A stretch of 62,941 bases of DNA from a virus (IMGVR_UViG_3300014638_000002:1-62941); one strand, 5' to 3'; positions 17,013 to 27,139 are shown, counted from the first letter of the stretch. Notes: generated by a model from the sequence alone, not told the origin. Numbers and translations: made by a program.

Positions 17013-19802
17013 TTACCCCGTCAGATTTTGGGGTCCAAGATATTGCGCTGTACCGTCTGCCATTTCCTGGTAGGTGCCAAGGCCGGCATGACCGCGACCA
17101 TAGACACGTCGCGGACTTCTAGCGGCTCGCGGTGCTCGCGCTCGCGGTGCAGCGCGTTGTGCTCGAGGAGCTGCTTGGCGTGCTCCGCGTGTAGCAGCGG
17201 CGCCTTCTGCCGCACCTTCACCGCCGCCATCGTTGCGGGACGGAATAGCCGCTTGCCCGGCTTCCGCGCTACGTTGCGCTTGCAAGGCGTTCCCTTGATT
17301 GACGCCGTACCGGTTCACATTGATACCAGAATTGGTTTCTGGACCTTCCGTCTCTACAGGATTTGTGGTTCGCTCGCCGGCACCATACGTAACATCAGGT
17401 TGACCACCGGTAACCGCAGGCTTTTCACGCGGGCCGGGATTGACGATATCCCGATAATTCTGGTTAAAATAGGCCGTTGTCACCGTTTTCCAACTATCCG
17501 GATTGGCAGGATCCGGGATCCTGACTGGCGTAGCTGGATTTTTGCCGCGGATTGCATCATACTCTTCCGGAGTACTGTCGTCCCATTTACCGGTCTTCGC
17601 GTTCCAGACTTGAATTCCGGTATCGGGCGTAGTATCGATTGGACCCCAATTGGAATTGGCGGCGATTTGCCGTGCTTCACCTGGTGTCGGTTGGCCCGGC
17701 GAAGTAGTTGATCCGATTTCCCCATGTTCGCCTAATTGCAATTGGCCCCCTGGGCTAGTTGCGCTGATGCCGGCGGTCGATTGCCCCATCTGTGCGGCTT
17801 CATTAGGAGACGGCTGGCCGGGCGATGTAGACAATTCAGAACCCGGAGTACCGCCGGGTAAACCAGCTTGTTTGGTTTGCGTCCAATTCGGTTGTGTCGT
17901 GCCACTAATGTCGGCTTCACCAGGTGGATTGCCTTGATTGCTTTGGCCGGCGTTCATTATGGCGGACGGGACCAGCTTACGTAGCCGGCTTCCAACCGTT
18001 CCTTCAGGTTGCTGGATCGGTCCATATACACCACCAGCTTCACCAGTCGCTTGAGCTTGTTCAACTGCCTGTGCCAATGTCTCAGAAGGATGTGCTACGT
18101 AGCTATCAAACGTACCAGATACTAGTTTCTGCAAGTCCTGCGGCGTTACATCCTGACTTTGCGTCTGTCCGGTTTTCAGATCGGAAATATTCATGGTGAT
18201 GGGCGCACCTGCGCCAGCCATTTGATTAATCGGATCATACTGAGCATTTTGATCCGTGGTGCCGGCATCGGGCTCTACACCACCGCCATCGTCGAACGAT
18301 TGAATAGCGCCACCGCGTGCCGCCTTATTGGTCGGCTTCCCCTTACCTTTCAGCGCGAACGATACATGGTATGGTGTCGGCTGATATTCGAATTTCTTAT
18401 TGGCGAACATCACCGCATGCGGCAGACTAGCTGGCTGCTTGCCGTTACCAGTCAGGCTTACCTTGGCATGCGTGGCCGCGTTGTCGGAGAGACGGCGGAA
18501 TGCTTGCAGCGTCTGATATTGCTGCTGTGGGCCGCCGGCGCCGGCGATCGTGTGGATCGTGCGCGCTGTAGCCGGTAGAGACGGATCGTGGCTCTTTTGC
18601 CGTTGCAAGACTTGCGGAATAGGCGCAGCGTCGGCACCGCTCAGATAACGCATGATGTGTGGCGGCGCACCACCAACCGGACCTGGAGCAGGAGCTCCCG
18701 CAGCAGAAACTTGCGGCGGTGTGGCAGTATTCACTTGCGGCGGTACACCCCCGCCAGGCTGGAACGACGGTATGCTGCCGCCTCGTGCGGCTTGTGCGGT
18801 TGAACCGTCGTCCTCTGACGACTGTTGTTGGCCCGGCAGATAATCGCGTGGGTTAAACGGTTTCGGCGTGGGCTGCAGTACGCCTTGCGGCACGCTACCG
18901 GGCGCCCCTGGCGCCGGCGGGATCGGCCGCGGCGCATTGGAGTTGTCGGCCATCTGCTGGCCACCGCTCATCTGTTGCAGCCCGTATTGGTAGGCCTGTT
19001 GTACTTGCGACAGCGCGCCGGCTAGATCGCCGGTTTGTCCTTCCTGGCCTTGAGACGGATCGACACCACCTGGATCAGATACTTCGCCGCCATCATCGAA
19101 TGCTGGAATAGAACCGCCTTTCGAACCCATCGGTCTGTAGGATGCTCCATAGCCTTGCGGGGAACCAGGATAGTCGGCAAGGTTTCCACCGAAACCGCCA
19201 GGCACACCAATTGTGGCACCAGGCAATGGCGTGTACCCACTGCCACTAGACGCGATATTGCCAACAGGTGATGTTCCGGGAGTTGTGCTGAATGGCCCGG
19301 CAGTCGCCGGCGCAGTGTAATTGCTGTACGAAGACGCGCCAGGCGTGGACTGTGAAATCGCGTTCGCCGCATTGGCGCCACCCCAAGAGCCGTATTGGTT
19401 CGTCTCGGTCGTGCCGCCAGCCGCATAGTGCTTCGGCGCGTTTAACATTTCATCCATCTGTAAGTCTCGTAAATTTTCCCGTGCCGAAACCGCTCCCCCG
19501 CGTTTCATACCACTGCCAGAAGGCACTTGGTTCAGTGACGCAGGTGTAGACGAGGCGCCGGCCGAACTGGCTGCTGGAATAGAACTTGGAGCGCTGGCCG
19601 ACATACCTGCGCCGGCGCTAGGCGATGATGCCGTGCCAGGTCCGCTAGCAGAGAACGGGTTAGGTTGATTGGGCGGTGTCGTCGGTGTAACGGTAGGACG
19701 CCGTGCCGCTTGGTTCTCCAAATAATTCCCTTGCGAAGCAGTCGCGGTTTTAGGACCGCGCTTGGCGGCACCAGTCTGTGGAGCATTAACGGGGCGCTTC
19801 AT
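17013..19802 (-). CDS. internal virion protein, low complexity
   Basis: 929 aa, Gly/Pro/Gln/Ser-rich, many xxGG motifs. Confidence 0.6.
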   Translation of the reverse strand: MKRPVNAPQTGAAKRGPKTATASQGNYLENQAARRPTVTPTTPPNQPNPFSASGPGTASSPSAGAGMSASAPSSIPAASSAGASSTPASLNQVPSGSGMKRGGAVSARENLRDLQMDEMLNAPKHYAAGGTTETNQYGSWGGANAANAISQSTPGASSYSNYTAPATAGPFSTTPGTSPVGNIASSGSGYTPLPGATIGVPGGFGGNLADYPGSPQGYGASYRPMGSKGGSIPAFDDGGEVSDPGGVDPSQGQEGQTGDLAGALSQVQQAYQYGLQQMSGGQQMADNSNAPRPIPPAPGAPGSVPQGVLQPTPKPFNPRDYLPGQQQSSEDDGSTAQAARGGSIPSFQPGGGVPPQVNTATPPQVSAAGAPAPGPVGGAPPHIMRYLSGADAAPIPQVLQRQKSHDPSLPATARTIHTIAGAGGPQQQYQTLQAFRRLSDNAATHAKVSLTGNGKQPASLPHAVMFANKKFEYQPTPYHVSFALKGKGKPTNKAARGGAIQSFDDGGGVEPDAGTTDQNAQYDPINQMAGAGAPITMNISDLKTGQTQSQDVTPQDLQKLVSGTFDSYVAHPSETLAQAVEQAQATGEAGGVYGPIQQPEGTVGSRLRKLVPSAIMNAGQSNQGNPPGEADISGTTQPNWTQTKQAGLPGGTPGSELSTSPGQPSPNEAAQMGQSTAGISATSPGGQLQLGEHGEIGSTTSPGQPTPGEARQIAANSNWGPIDTTPDTGIQVWNAKTGKWDDSTPEEYDAIRGKNPATPVRIPDPANPDSWKTVTTAYFNQNYRDIVNPGPREKPAVTGGQPDVTYGAGERTTNPVETEGPETNSGINVNRYGVNQGNALQAQRSAEAGQAAIPSRNDGGGEGAAEGAAATRGARQAAPRAQRAAPRARAPRAARSPRRVYGRGHAGLGTYQEMADGTAQYLGPQNLTG

Positions 19803-21058
19803 TAGATCCCTCCACCGCCATATGCTTCAGACGTGAATGTCGGTTGCTGACCCGGTGCTTGCGGTGGGCCGGCCGTCGGTCCAACCGTTGACGCCGCCTT
19901 TGCTCGAGCCGCGCGCGATTTGGCGATTTCCTTATGCCAGAACTCTTCACCTTTCCAACGCGCAACATCACGCGGGATCACGAACTCTTCGGCGTTCAGA
20001 TTGGCCGGCACATCATCGACATTGACGCCGCCACTCGGGCTGGCGCTTTGGTCGACATGTCCGCCTTGTGTCGCGTCACCGCCGCCGGAAAAATCACTAA
20101 TGGTGCCGCCTTGTTCTACCTGTTGCATATTTTGACTAACTCCCATCATAGCTGTACCGGGAGTAAGACCGCTTCCATAGGCTCCGTAACTACCGCCACT
20201 GCTGGGCTGTGTCATTGAGCCAACTGTTTGTTGCGATTGTGGTATATTAGTACCCTGGCTGGTATTCTGTGACGATGATGCCGACGCATTTCCGATGCCC
20301 GGGTATTTCAGGCTCATGGCCGTTGTCATGTAGGGATCAGCGCTACCAGTCAAAGCCACTCCGGTATTGGCGTTCGCCAGCGTGGCATTTTGCGCGCCGG
20401 CTATGCCGGTGTAAGCCGCATTGGAAGCATTGATGGCTTGGCCGGGCAGCTGCTGCCCCGTAGCGATCGACGAGGCAAGCAGCTGACGGCCAGTCGCCTC
20501 GGTGGCGAGCTCTGCCTGCTGACCGGCGCCGGCAGCGGCTGCTCCCCCCGCGGTTTTGTTAGCCATCGTCAATTCTTGATACTCACCGCTATTCGGGTTG
20601 ATGCCGTAAGACTGCAAATTCTGTTTGGCGGCTGCGAGCGCTTCATTGGTGCCTTGTTCAGATTGCGACTCGGCGGCGCCCATATTGATGCCGATACGGC
20701 TGGGGCTTGTGTATTGAGCCGCCATGTTGGCTTGCTGATTGATCTCGGGAACCGTGGTCTGCTGATACTGTTGCATCGACTGGTTGGCCAGGTTCATGTC
20801 TTGCTGGCTGGCCGTCAGATAATTATCGACTGATGCATTCGTCATGGCCGAAGTATCGGCGTACTGGTTCAAGCCCCATTGATATTGATACGCCCCTAGC
20901 TGGGCTGCCTGCTGCGCGATCTGTTGTTCGAGTTGAGATTGCGGAGTTTGGATTGCGGACGGGGTCGACGCGCTCCACGAGCTCCCTTGTGAAGTGTTTT
21001 GCGAACCCGGCGTAGCTACGCCTGGACTGGGCGTCGGGAGATTGATATTAAAAGCCAT
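19802..21058 (-). CDS. internal virion (ejection) protein
   Basis: Gln/Ala helical region with YGINPNSG motif; C-terminal DDVPANLNAEEFVIP domain. Confidence 0.65.
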   Translation of the reverse strand: MAFNINLPTPSPGVATPGSQNTSQGSSWSASTPSAIQTPQSQLEQQIAQQAAQLGAYQYQWGLNQYADTSAMTNASVDNYLTASQQDMNLANQSMQQYQQTTVPEINQQANMAAQYTSPSRIGINMGAAESQSEQGTNEALAAAKQNLQSYGINPNSGEYQELTMANKTAGGAAAAGAGQQAELATEATGRQLLASSIATGQQLPGQAINASNAAYTGIAGAQNATLANANTGVALTGSADPYMTTAMSLKYPGIGNASASSSQNTSQGTNIPQSQQTVGSMTQPSSGGSYGAYGSGLTPGTAMMGVSQNMQQVEQGGTISDFSGGGDATQGGHVDQSASPSGGVNVDDVPANLNAEEFVIPRDVARWKGEEFWHKEIAKSRAARAKAASTVGPTAGPPQAPGQQPTFTSEAYGGGGI

Positions 21059-21085
21059 TCATGCAATCCCTGATCAGGCTTTCAG

Positions 21086-21117
21086 AGATTACAGGGGCAT
21101 TCTTTGTAAATGGTTAA
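21086..21117 (-). promoter_or_regulatory. CtrA-box-like promoter for ejection-protein genes
   Basis: TTAA-ccattta-CAAA-N11-TAATCT. Confidence 0.6.
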
Positions 21118-21118
21118 C

Positions 21119-21526
21119 CTATGAACTACCTTGCGTCCATTGGATAAGCTGGCCGCTTCGATTAGCGAAAGCAAGCCCGGTGATCTGTTTGACGTCAATA
21201 TAGGTTTCCTGGGTCGGATCATTGGGATCATAAATACGCGTTGTGGTGGTTACCCGGCGTTCCGGTAATTCAGAAAAATTGCCGACAGCGCCTGGATAAT
21301 TGTTCGGGTTGTTCGGATTTCCCTGTTGATTTGGGTTGAGGATAAAGGTGGTGTTGCCGGCGCCGGTAGGAGACTCGCTGCGAAATTGCAGGATCCACTG
21401 TCGAATAGCGTTAACGGACGCGATCAGAGAGGCCAGATCGTTAGCCAGCGGAATAGACGGCAGTGTCGGCGCCTTCGACTGCGGCGGTGGGTTCTTCGGG
21501 TTGATATTGCAGACGGGTGCGCCCAT
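21119..21526 (-). CDS. hypothetical virion protein
   Basis: Coupled to the tail gene (TAATG); TTRIYDPNDP...YIDV. Confidence 0.6.
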   Translation of the reverse strand: MGAPVCNINPKNPPPQSKAPTLPSIPLANDLASLIASVNAIRQWILQFRSESPTGAGNTTFILNPNQQGNPNNPNNYPGAVGNFSELPERRVTTTTRIYDPNDPTQETYIDVKQITGLAFANRSGQLIQWTQGSS

Positions 21527-24369
21527 TAGACATTCCCCAATTCTTTGACACTGGTCGCGATTTGCACATTGCTGATGTTAACCACGCCAAGAAATTCGAA
21601 CTGCCAGTTCTCGGCTTTGAAGCCACTTTCTATGCGTAAGATTCCCCCCGATCGGGTGATTTCTCTACACGTTACAAGCTGCATATCGCCGTCTTCATCC
21701 TCATCAGCGCGATCGGCGTATACCTTTACAATAGCCCGTTGATTACTTTGCAATGCGTTCCAGCTGGGATCGTCGGCCGGCGCCTCGTTCGGACAATCGT
21801 TGACCGGCGGCATATTGGGACCGACCATGAAGAAGACCCGCATGGCCGCATAGCTGCGCTTGGAAGGTTGCTGATACACCTTGCTCATGTAGTCGTAAGG
21901 CATAATGGTCGGAGACGGATCCTGGAAATCGTAGTAGAGGACCTGGCCGTTCTGAATGAGCATGCCGAAGCCGGTCCACGGGTCGATCTCCATATTGATA
22001 ATGTTCTGGTTGTTTGGCGCCGTCATATTGTTAAAGCCAACTCGGTGACCGCCCGGCTGCGGCCAGATTGTGAAGGATGAAGAATCAGTGTTGAGCTCGA
22101 TATTGTAACCCTGTTGGGCAACAGACGTATCCGCGCCATTGACCGTTCCAAACGCGAAATAGCAGCCGACGAGAGGGATAGCACAAATGTTCTTTTGCGG
22201 CGTAAGCGCCGCCCATTTTTCACGAGTAATCCATAGTTCCGTGACGTTCGAAGATACGCCCGAATTTGTGACTTGGATAAGTCCGTTTGTGGAGGCATAG
22301 AATACTCCGATATCGGTGCCGACAATACTGCGGTGTGACAGGCAAGGTTCGGGCGGCGCACATTTGATCATCGACATCTGACCAGGAATGGTGCCATTGG
22401 CCACGTACGCATTGGCCGCGGTGCAAGCAACAACGGCCCCGCTGGTAAGCCCCAATCCCAGGATCGGGAAATCCGTTGTAATGGTGTAGCCGGGAGGCCA
22501 CGCATGCAGATAATATGGTTCACAGAACCAAATCTCGTTCTCGGTCCAGCTGGCCACCATGCCGTTAGGCATGACCAACAGACCTAACAGGTTAGGCGGC
22601 GGCGGAAAATAGTTGGTGGCCGGCAGCTGGATATTTAGGGCAATCTGTGCATCGGTCTGTGTATCGGTATAGCTTGACGCTGGGGGTAGGCATCCTGTAT
22701 CTTGCGCTACGAACGCAATCGCATCTGGATCGGAGGACCCCAATGATATGTCGGTCACAAAAAAGTACACGGTTGATCCTGACGTGCCAGGAACTGTGCG
22801 ATATAATCGAAGCACTGCCAGATTACGATTTCCGCCAAGATCTTCGGGATTGGGTTGCCAAAGACCCACGGTCCATGTACCGTTCGACCATCCGTTTTGA
22901 AGCGTATACGGCGAAGGCGCTGACTCCTCGCCGTAAGCCGAGATCCACGTATAAACGTAAGCCCGTGCTTCCTCCGGAGACGACGTGGCCAGATCCGCGT
23001 ACATGTAAAGGTTCGGCTGTCCATAAGTCGCGGATGGCGCGTTTAAGGGCGGCCCATTCACAAACGTGTTCGTGAAAAATACAGATCCCGTTGTACCGTC
23101 GCCTTCCTGGATCAATTCCGACGTGTTCATCGAAATGCCGATCCAATAAGTCTGATTGGCGAGCAGCGTCGGCGGATTGAGGAAGCTCGATCCTGCCAAC
23201 GTACCACTGATAATGCCTTGATTGATCTCGCCGGCACCGTTCTCGATGAGCTCGCCCGGGCTTGTCGGCGTGTTACCAATCGTCGCGTCCATGTAGACAA
23301 CGGCAGAGAACAGCACCAGCTGATCGGTGCTCGCCGGCATGAAGGTGACGTCGGTGAGTTGCATCTGGCCGACAGGCGTGATCGGGATCAGATAGACGGT
23401 GTTGGCGCCGACCGTATCGGTGTTACCATTGGAAAACGTCACGCCAAGGGTCGCTGAACCCCCACCGCCGGTGACTGTCACCGTCGGCGCACAGCCCGGA
23501 GGATTGATCCCCAGGAGCCACGGCGATTTGCCAGCCTGTATACGTGCCAGCGTGTTGTACTGGGGTGGCTCTGACGGGCTCGCCCAGTAATACCGCTGGT
23601 AAATGTCGTTGACAACCTGGTTCTTTATGACTTCGGTGTCGGGGTCGAGGAATTCGAGCCATGTGGAGTTTCCTGTGATCTGGCTATTGAAAGATGGATT
23701 TGTTCCTCCACTAAACGCAGACACTTCTGGAGAAAGCGATGCAAGGGAAGCAAGCCAGACAAGTCTGGCAGCAGCAGTAGACTCGGCGACTGCAGTAGCG
23801 TTGAAGGCAGCGCCGTAATCTGGACTATAGACTTGGAGATATGTGTACGGATTTCCTCCAATTGTTGTATTTCCAACAGTATTGGTTGACTGACCGTTGT
23901 TGTGACCGGCGTAGGCGACTTGGCCATTAACGATCGTGTTGAATGAGTATGTGATGCCGTTGTTGGTTCCAGCACCGTTGTCAAATGTAATGGCGGCAAG
24001 AAGGTTTTGCGCTGTGGCATTGACGTTGGCTCCGATCAGCACCGAGTAGGGCGCGGTGGTAGGCGTGATACTTGTAACAAACGTATAGGTATCCTCACCG
24101 ACCGTAGTTGTATCCCCCGGATTGGGCTGTGTCAAGAAGACCTGGAAGGCGGTCGCAACCGATTGGGAGACGGTGGGGATCCGGTAGACGAATTGGGCAG
24201 CAGAGTTCGTCAGGTTCCGAAGAAACTTCGGAAGCCTCCATCCCTGGAGAGCGCCAGAGAAAAGATAACAATTTGTAGCACTAGCTGCCTGCCCCGGCGG
24301 AAGCAAGAGCTAATGCGGTTCCCAGGCAGGCAACATCCCGCCCATTTGCTCGAGCTTAATAGCTGGCAT
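21526..24369 (-). CDS. tail tubular/nozzle (stabilisation) protein with in-frame TAG at codon 20
   Basis: Beta-rich; EARAYVYTW.SAYGEESAPS, RLYRT, NE.WFCEPY..HAWP..Y. The natural N-terminus MPAIKLEQMGGMLPAW has an RBS and is in frame but interrupted by TAG at 24310-24312. Confidence 0.75.
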
Positions 24370-24434
24370 TGGAACCGCAACCCCCTTTCTTAGAAGCTCT
24401 GTGCCTCTATCACAAGTTCCATCAAGGAGGGTTT

Positions 24435-24466
24435 ACAATAGCCGTCTGGCGTAAGGTTTTCGTTAA
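24435..24466 (-). promoter_or_regulatory. CtrA-box-like promoter for tail gene
   Basis: TTAA-cgaaaac-CTTA-N11-TATTGT. Confidence 0.6.
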
Positions 24467-24487
24467 GGTCTGCCATACCAGAAATCA

Positions 24488-24712
24488 TCACCGCCCCGAT
24501 CGAAACAGGTTCTTCCCGTGTCCTATAGAACCTGGTGATCCCGGTGTCACCTTCATACGCTCTTGACTACCAGACCCATCCGGTGGCCGATAGACTGGCT
24601 GCATGACATGGTCCCACTTTTCCGGCTGCGGCCGTCGCACCGGCATAGCAGCGAACCGGGCCGAATTGGCCGCACCGGCTGTCATTTCCCTTACGGTGCG
24701 CGGTGACGTCAT
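24488..24712 (-). CDS. hypothetical protein
   Basis: ATGA-coupled; T..EM.AG motif shared with the upstream gene. Confidence 0.55.
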   Translation of the reverse strand: MTSPRTVREMTAGAANSARFAAMPVRRPQPEKWDHVMQPVYRPPDGSGSQERMKVTPGSPGSIGHGKNLFRSGR

Positions 24713-25413
24713 TGAACCCTCGGCATGATCGGTACATGCGCCGTATGACTGAATTCTTCAGAGCGTTTACGGCCGGCTTCCATTTCCAGCCGGGTTTGTT
24801 CGGAGATCGCCGGCGCGATTGGCTGTGGCCGGTGAACGGTCGTCTCCGGTCGACGAGCAGCCATGATCCGTTCCTTGAATTGCTCTTTGGCGATCTGGTT
24901 GGACTCCTTCTCAGCGAGTTCCTTCTGGTAACGCCGCTGCCGTGCGGCTTCTTGTCGCATGGCCACGACCTCTTCCCATGTCTTGCCGGCATACTGCGGG
25001 TCGGTTAATACGTTAACCGGTCCGCCGGCCGGTGCACCGCCGTCTCGTGCCGCACGAGCGTCCTCTTGTGCTTGACGTCGAGCCAAGAGCTCTTCCCGGG
25101 TCGGTAAGACGTCCCGTTCATTGCTTGACACCTTGAACGGAGACGCGGCTCGAGCTTCGGCCGCCGCATGCTCTTCAGCCTTGGCTAGGAGGGCCGCTGA
25201 GACTTCCGGAGGCTCGCGGAGGGTCTTCCCCTGCGCGGCCAATTCCGCCTCCTTGGCGGCCGCCTCTGCTCGAATGGCGGCTACACGCGCGGCACGATCG
25301 GCTACCAGTGGGTCTATGGGTGCCGGTTCAACGGCTGGCGCGGGGACCGCGAGGCCCGCGAGCCCCGTCTCGTCCTCTTCCGCCGGCTGGGAGTTTTGCG
25401 GGTTCTGATCCAT
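24709..25413 (-). CDS. hypothetical Ala/Glu/Arg-rich protein
   Basis: CAGGAG RBS before MDQNPQ; helical composition. Confidence 0.65.
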   Translation of the reverse strand: MDQNPQNSQPAEEDETGLAGLAVPAPAVEPAPIDPLVADRAARVAAIRAEAAAKEAELAAQGKTLREPPEVSAALLAKAEEHAAAEARAASPFKVSSNERDVLPTREELLARRQAQEDARAARDGGAPAGGPVNVLTDPQYAGKTWEEVVAMRQEAARQRRYQKELAEKESNQIAKEQFKERIMAARRPETTVHRPQPIAPAISEQTRLEMEAGRKRSEEFSHTAHVPIMPRVQ

Positions 25414-25510
25414 TTGCTGCTCCTGCAGTTGGGGGTATTGTAACTTTCGCATGCCCGAGGTTATTCAAAGAGCGCTGTCTGGTCGGCTGCCCGGCCAGCG
25501 CGCTCTCTAG

Positions 25511-25542
25511 ACTATGATACGCAGAAGTTAATTTGGACTTAA
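25511..25542 (-). promoter_or_regulatory. perfect CtrA box promoter
   Basis: TTAA-gtccaaa-TTAAC-N10-CATAGT. Confidence 0.65.
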
Positions 25543-25697
25543 CCTTTGACACGCTTGAGCCTGGGATTGGCGTGCTTGGCGCCGGCACTCGCTTTGCGCG
25601 TCGATGCAGCCAGGATCGCGCCGGCGCGTTCCTTGCCGACTCCTGACTTTTTAGCGATGCTTGCTTGAACGGCCTTGAACCCGGGATGTTCTGCCAT
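25539..25697 (-). CDS. 52-aa basic protein (absent from ORF track)
   Basis: MAEHPGFKAVQASIAKKSGVGKERAGAILAASTRKASAGAKHANPRLKRVKG; AAGGTG RBS. Confidence 0.65.
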   Translation of the reverse strand: MAEHPGFKAVQASIAKKSGVGKERAGAILAASTRKASAGAKHANPRLKRVKG

Positions 25698-25935
25698 AGG
25701 TCACCTTATACTGCGGGCAGTGGAGGGCTTGCCCAATCTGGTTCCGGACCTTCAGGTCCAACGCTAGGACGTGTCCGGAGTACCGGCCAGACGTTGGGTC
25801 GTAGGTGTTATAACGGATTGGGCCTACCAGCGCGTTGCAGATGGTGTTACGCTGGACCGGTGTCAGGTCTTCGGGCGTGCAACCGGCCAGTACACCTAAC
25901 ATGCACAAAGCTGCAAAAAGTGATACTTTATGCAT
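25651..25935 (-). CDS. o-spanin-like lipoprotein (Rz1-like)
   Basis: Signal peptide with lipobox LAG-C, directly downstream of the Rz-like gene. Confidence 0.65.
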   Translation of the reverse strand: MHKVSLFAALCMLGVLAGCTPEDLTPVQRNTICNALVGPIRYNTYDPTSGRYSGHVLALDLKVRNQIGQALHCPQYKVTYGRTSRVQGRSSKHR

Positions 25936-25936
25936 G

Positions 25937-26260
25937 TCAATAATCCTTCCTGTTCCACGGGTCGACGGCCGCACGAGCCTTCTTGGTTCTGGTCTTAGCC
26001 ACGGCCTTATGGACCACCTTGTTGATCACCTTGGTGGCGGCGATGTTCTGTGCGCGGCAACGAGCATCAGCCTGGTGAATGCCATACTGGTAAACACCTA
26101 GACCGATTGCCACGACTATCGCGGCCTCAATAAAGAACCGTTTCCCAATAGGACTGATATATGCGATCAGTAATAGACAGGCAATAATCGCAATTGCAGT
26201 AAGTGCCGGCCACCAAATACCCCATAATCCAGCGGTAAAAACAGTCAGCTGCCCTATCAT
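25937..26260 (-). CDS. i-spanin-like membrane protein (Rz-like)
   Basis: N-terminal TM segments and basic helical tail ending DPWNRKDY, in the lysis cassette. Confidence 0.55.
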   Translation of the reverse strand: MIGQLTVFTAGLWGIWWPALTAIAIIACLLLIAYISPIGKRFFIEAAIVVAIGLGVYQYGIHQADARCRAQNIAATKVINKVVHKAVAKTRTKKARAAVDPWNRKDY

Positions 26261-26640
26261 GCCGGCCCTCGTTGATTGTGTTGGCCCCTTGTACGCCACA
26301 CAGCTAATGCTTTTGCAATTTGTGTTTGGCGATACGGCGACATGAGGGAATATAAGGTCATCATAACTCCAGGAGCCCCTTTATATAACATCCACCGATA
26401 GACGGGACCGCCTATGCCGTTACTTGCCCTTTTTTGCAAATGAATATTTCCACCAAATAAACCTTTCAATTTTTCTAATGACGGTAAATGTTTTTGCGAT
26501 GCTTGCACCGAAGGTACGTTTCCCGAACAAGCCGCAAAACATCCTTCGCCTTCCAAAAAACCAGCGGCCCAATACAACGATCGCATTGAAATCGGCGTAT
26601 TAGATTTCGGAGGCACATAGACTGGAAGTTTAGCGACCAT
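26257..26640 (-). CDS. free-standing single-motif LAGLIDADG endonuclease-like protein
   Basis: WAAGFLEGEGCF...Q....L..L...FGG.I....YRW; visibly more AT-rich than flanks. Confidence 0.75.
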   Translation of the reverse strand: MVAKLPVYVPPKSNTPISMRSLYWAAGFLEGEGCFAACSGNVPSVQASQKHLPSLEKLKGLFGGNIHLQKRASNGIGGPVYRWMLYKGAPGVMMTLYSLMSPYRQTQIAKALAVWRTRGQHNQRGPA

Positions 26641-26641
26641 G

Positions 26642-27139
26642 TCAGTCGTTCCTCATACACATCACGTACTCAGCTTGTCGCCGGCGTGTAAGTCCCGCAA
26701 CCACTCGTCCAGATGCGTGATTATACCCTTTAAGAGCCGCACATCCGCCGGCGACGTCGTCCGCGTTAAGACGTCGAGCGATCGGGCCTTTGCAGATCGC
26801 ACCTGATCCAAGGTTATACGCGGCATCGACAATGGCGGCCTTCCTGTGCGGGGGCATCCCCGGGATGCATTTCTCGATCGCAGGACCATACACCGTATTC
26901 AGCTTGTTGGCAAGGTCCCCTTTACATTCGGCCTCCGTAAAGGTAGCGTTCATCGCCGGCACGGGGCCGTCCGCTTTGGTTTCACCGTAACACCATGTGA
27001 TCGGGTGCCCTGTCCCAACGCGATCGACATACGGGTGCGGCGCGTAACCTTCAAACGCGGCCGCCATCACGACGGCGAAAGTTAACCACGCAGCGCCACG
27101 CCCTTGGTTCTTCGTCGTTAACCACGGCAGATCAGGCAT
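26642..27139 (-). CDS. SAR-type endolysin, GH24 lysozyme
   Basis: Weakly hydrophobic N-terminal helix, then FEGY...PY.D..G...TWCYGET; AYNLG; GL..RR..E..C. Confidence 0.9.
   Translation of the reverse strand: MPDLPWLTTKNQGRGAAWLTFAVVMAAAFEGYAPHPYVDRVGTGHPITWCYGETKADGPVPAMNATFTEAECKGDLANKLNTVYGPAIEKCIPGMPPHRKAAIVDAAYNLGSGAICKGPIARRLNADDVAGGCAALKGYNHASGRVVAGLTRRRQAEYVMCMRND

Noticed and set aside
24310-24312. Genome-wide TAG reassignment
   Set aside because: Several conserved genes end at TAG with the next gene starting immediately; no suppressor tRNA was recognised
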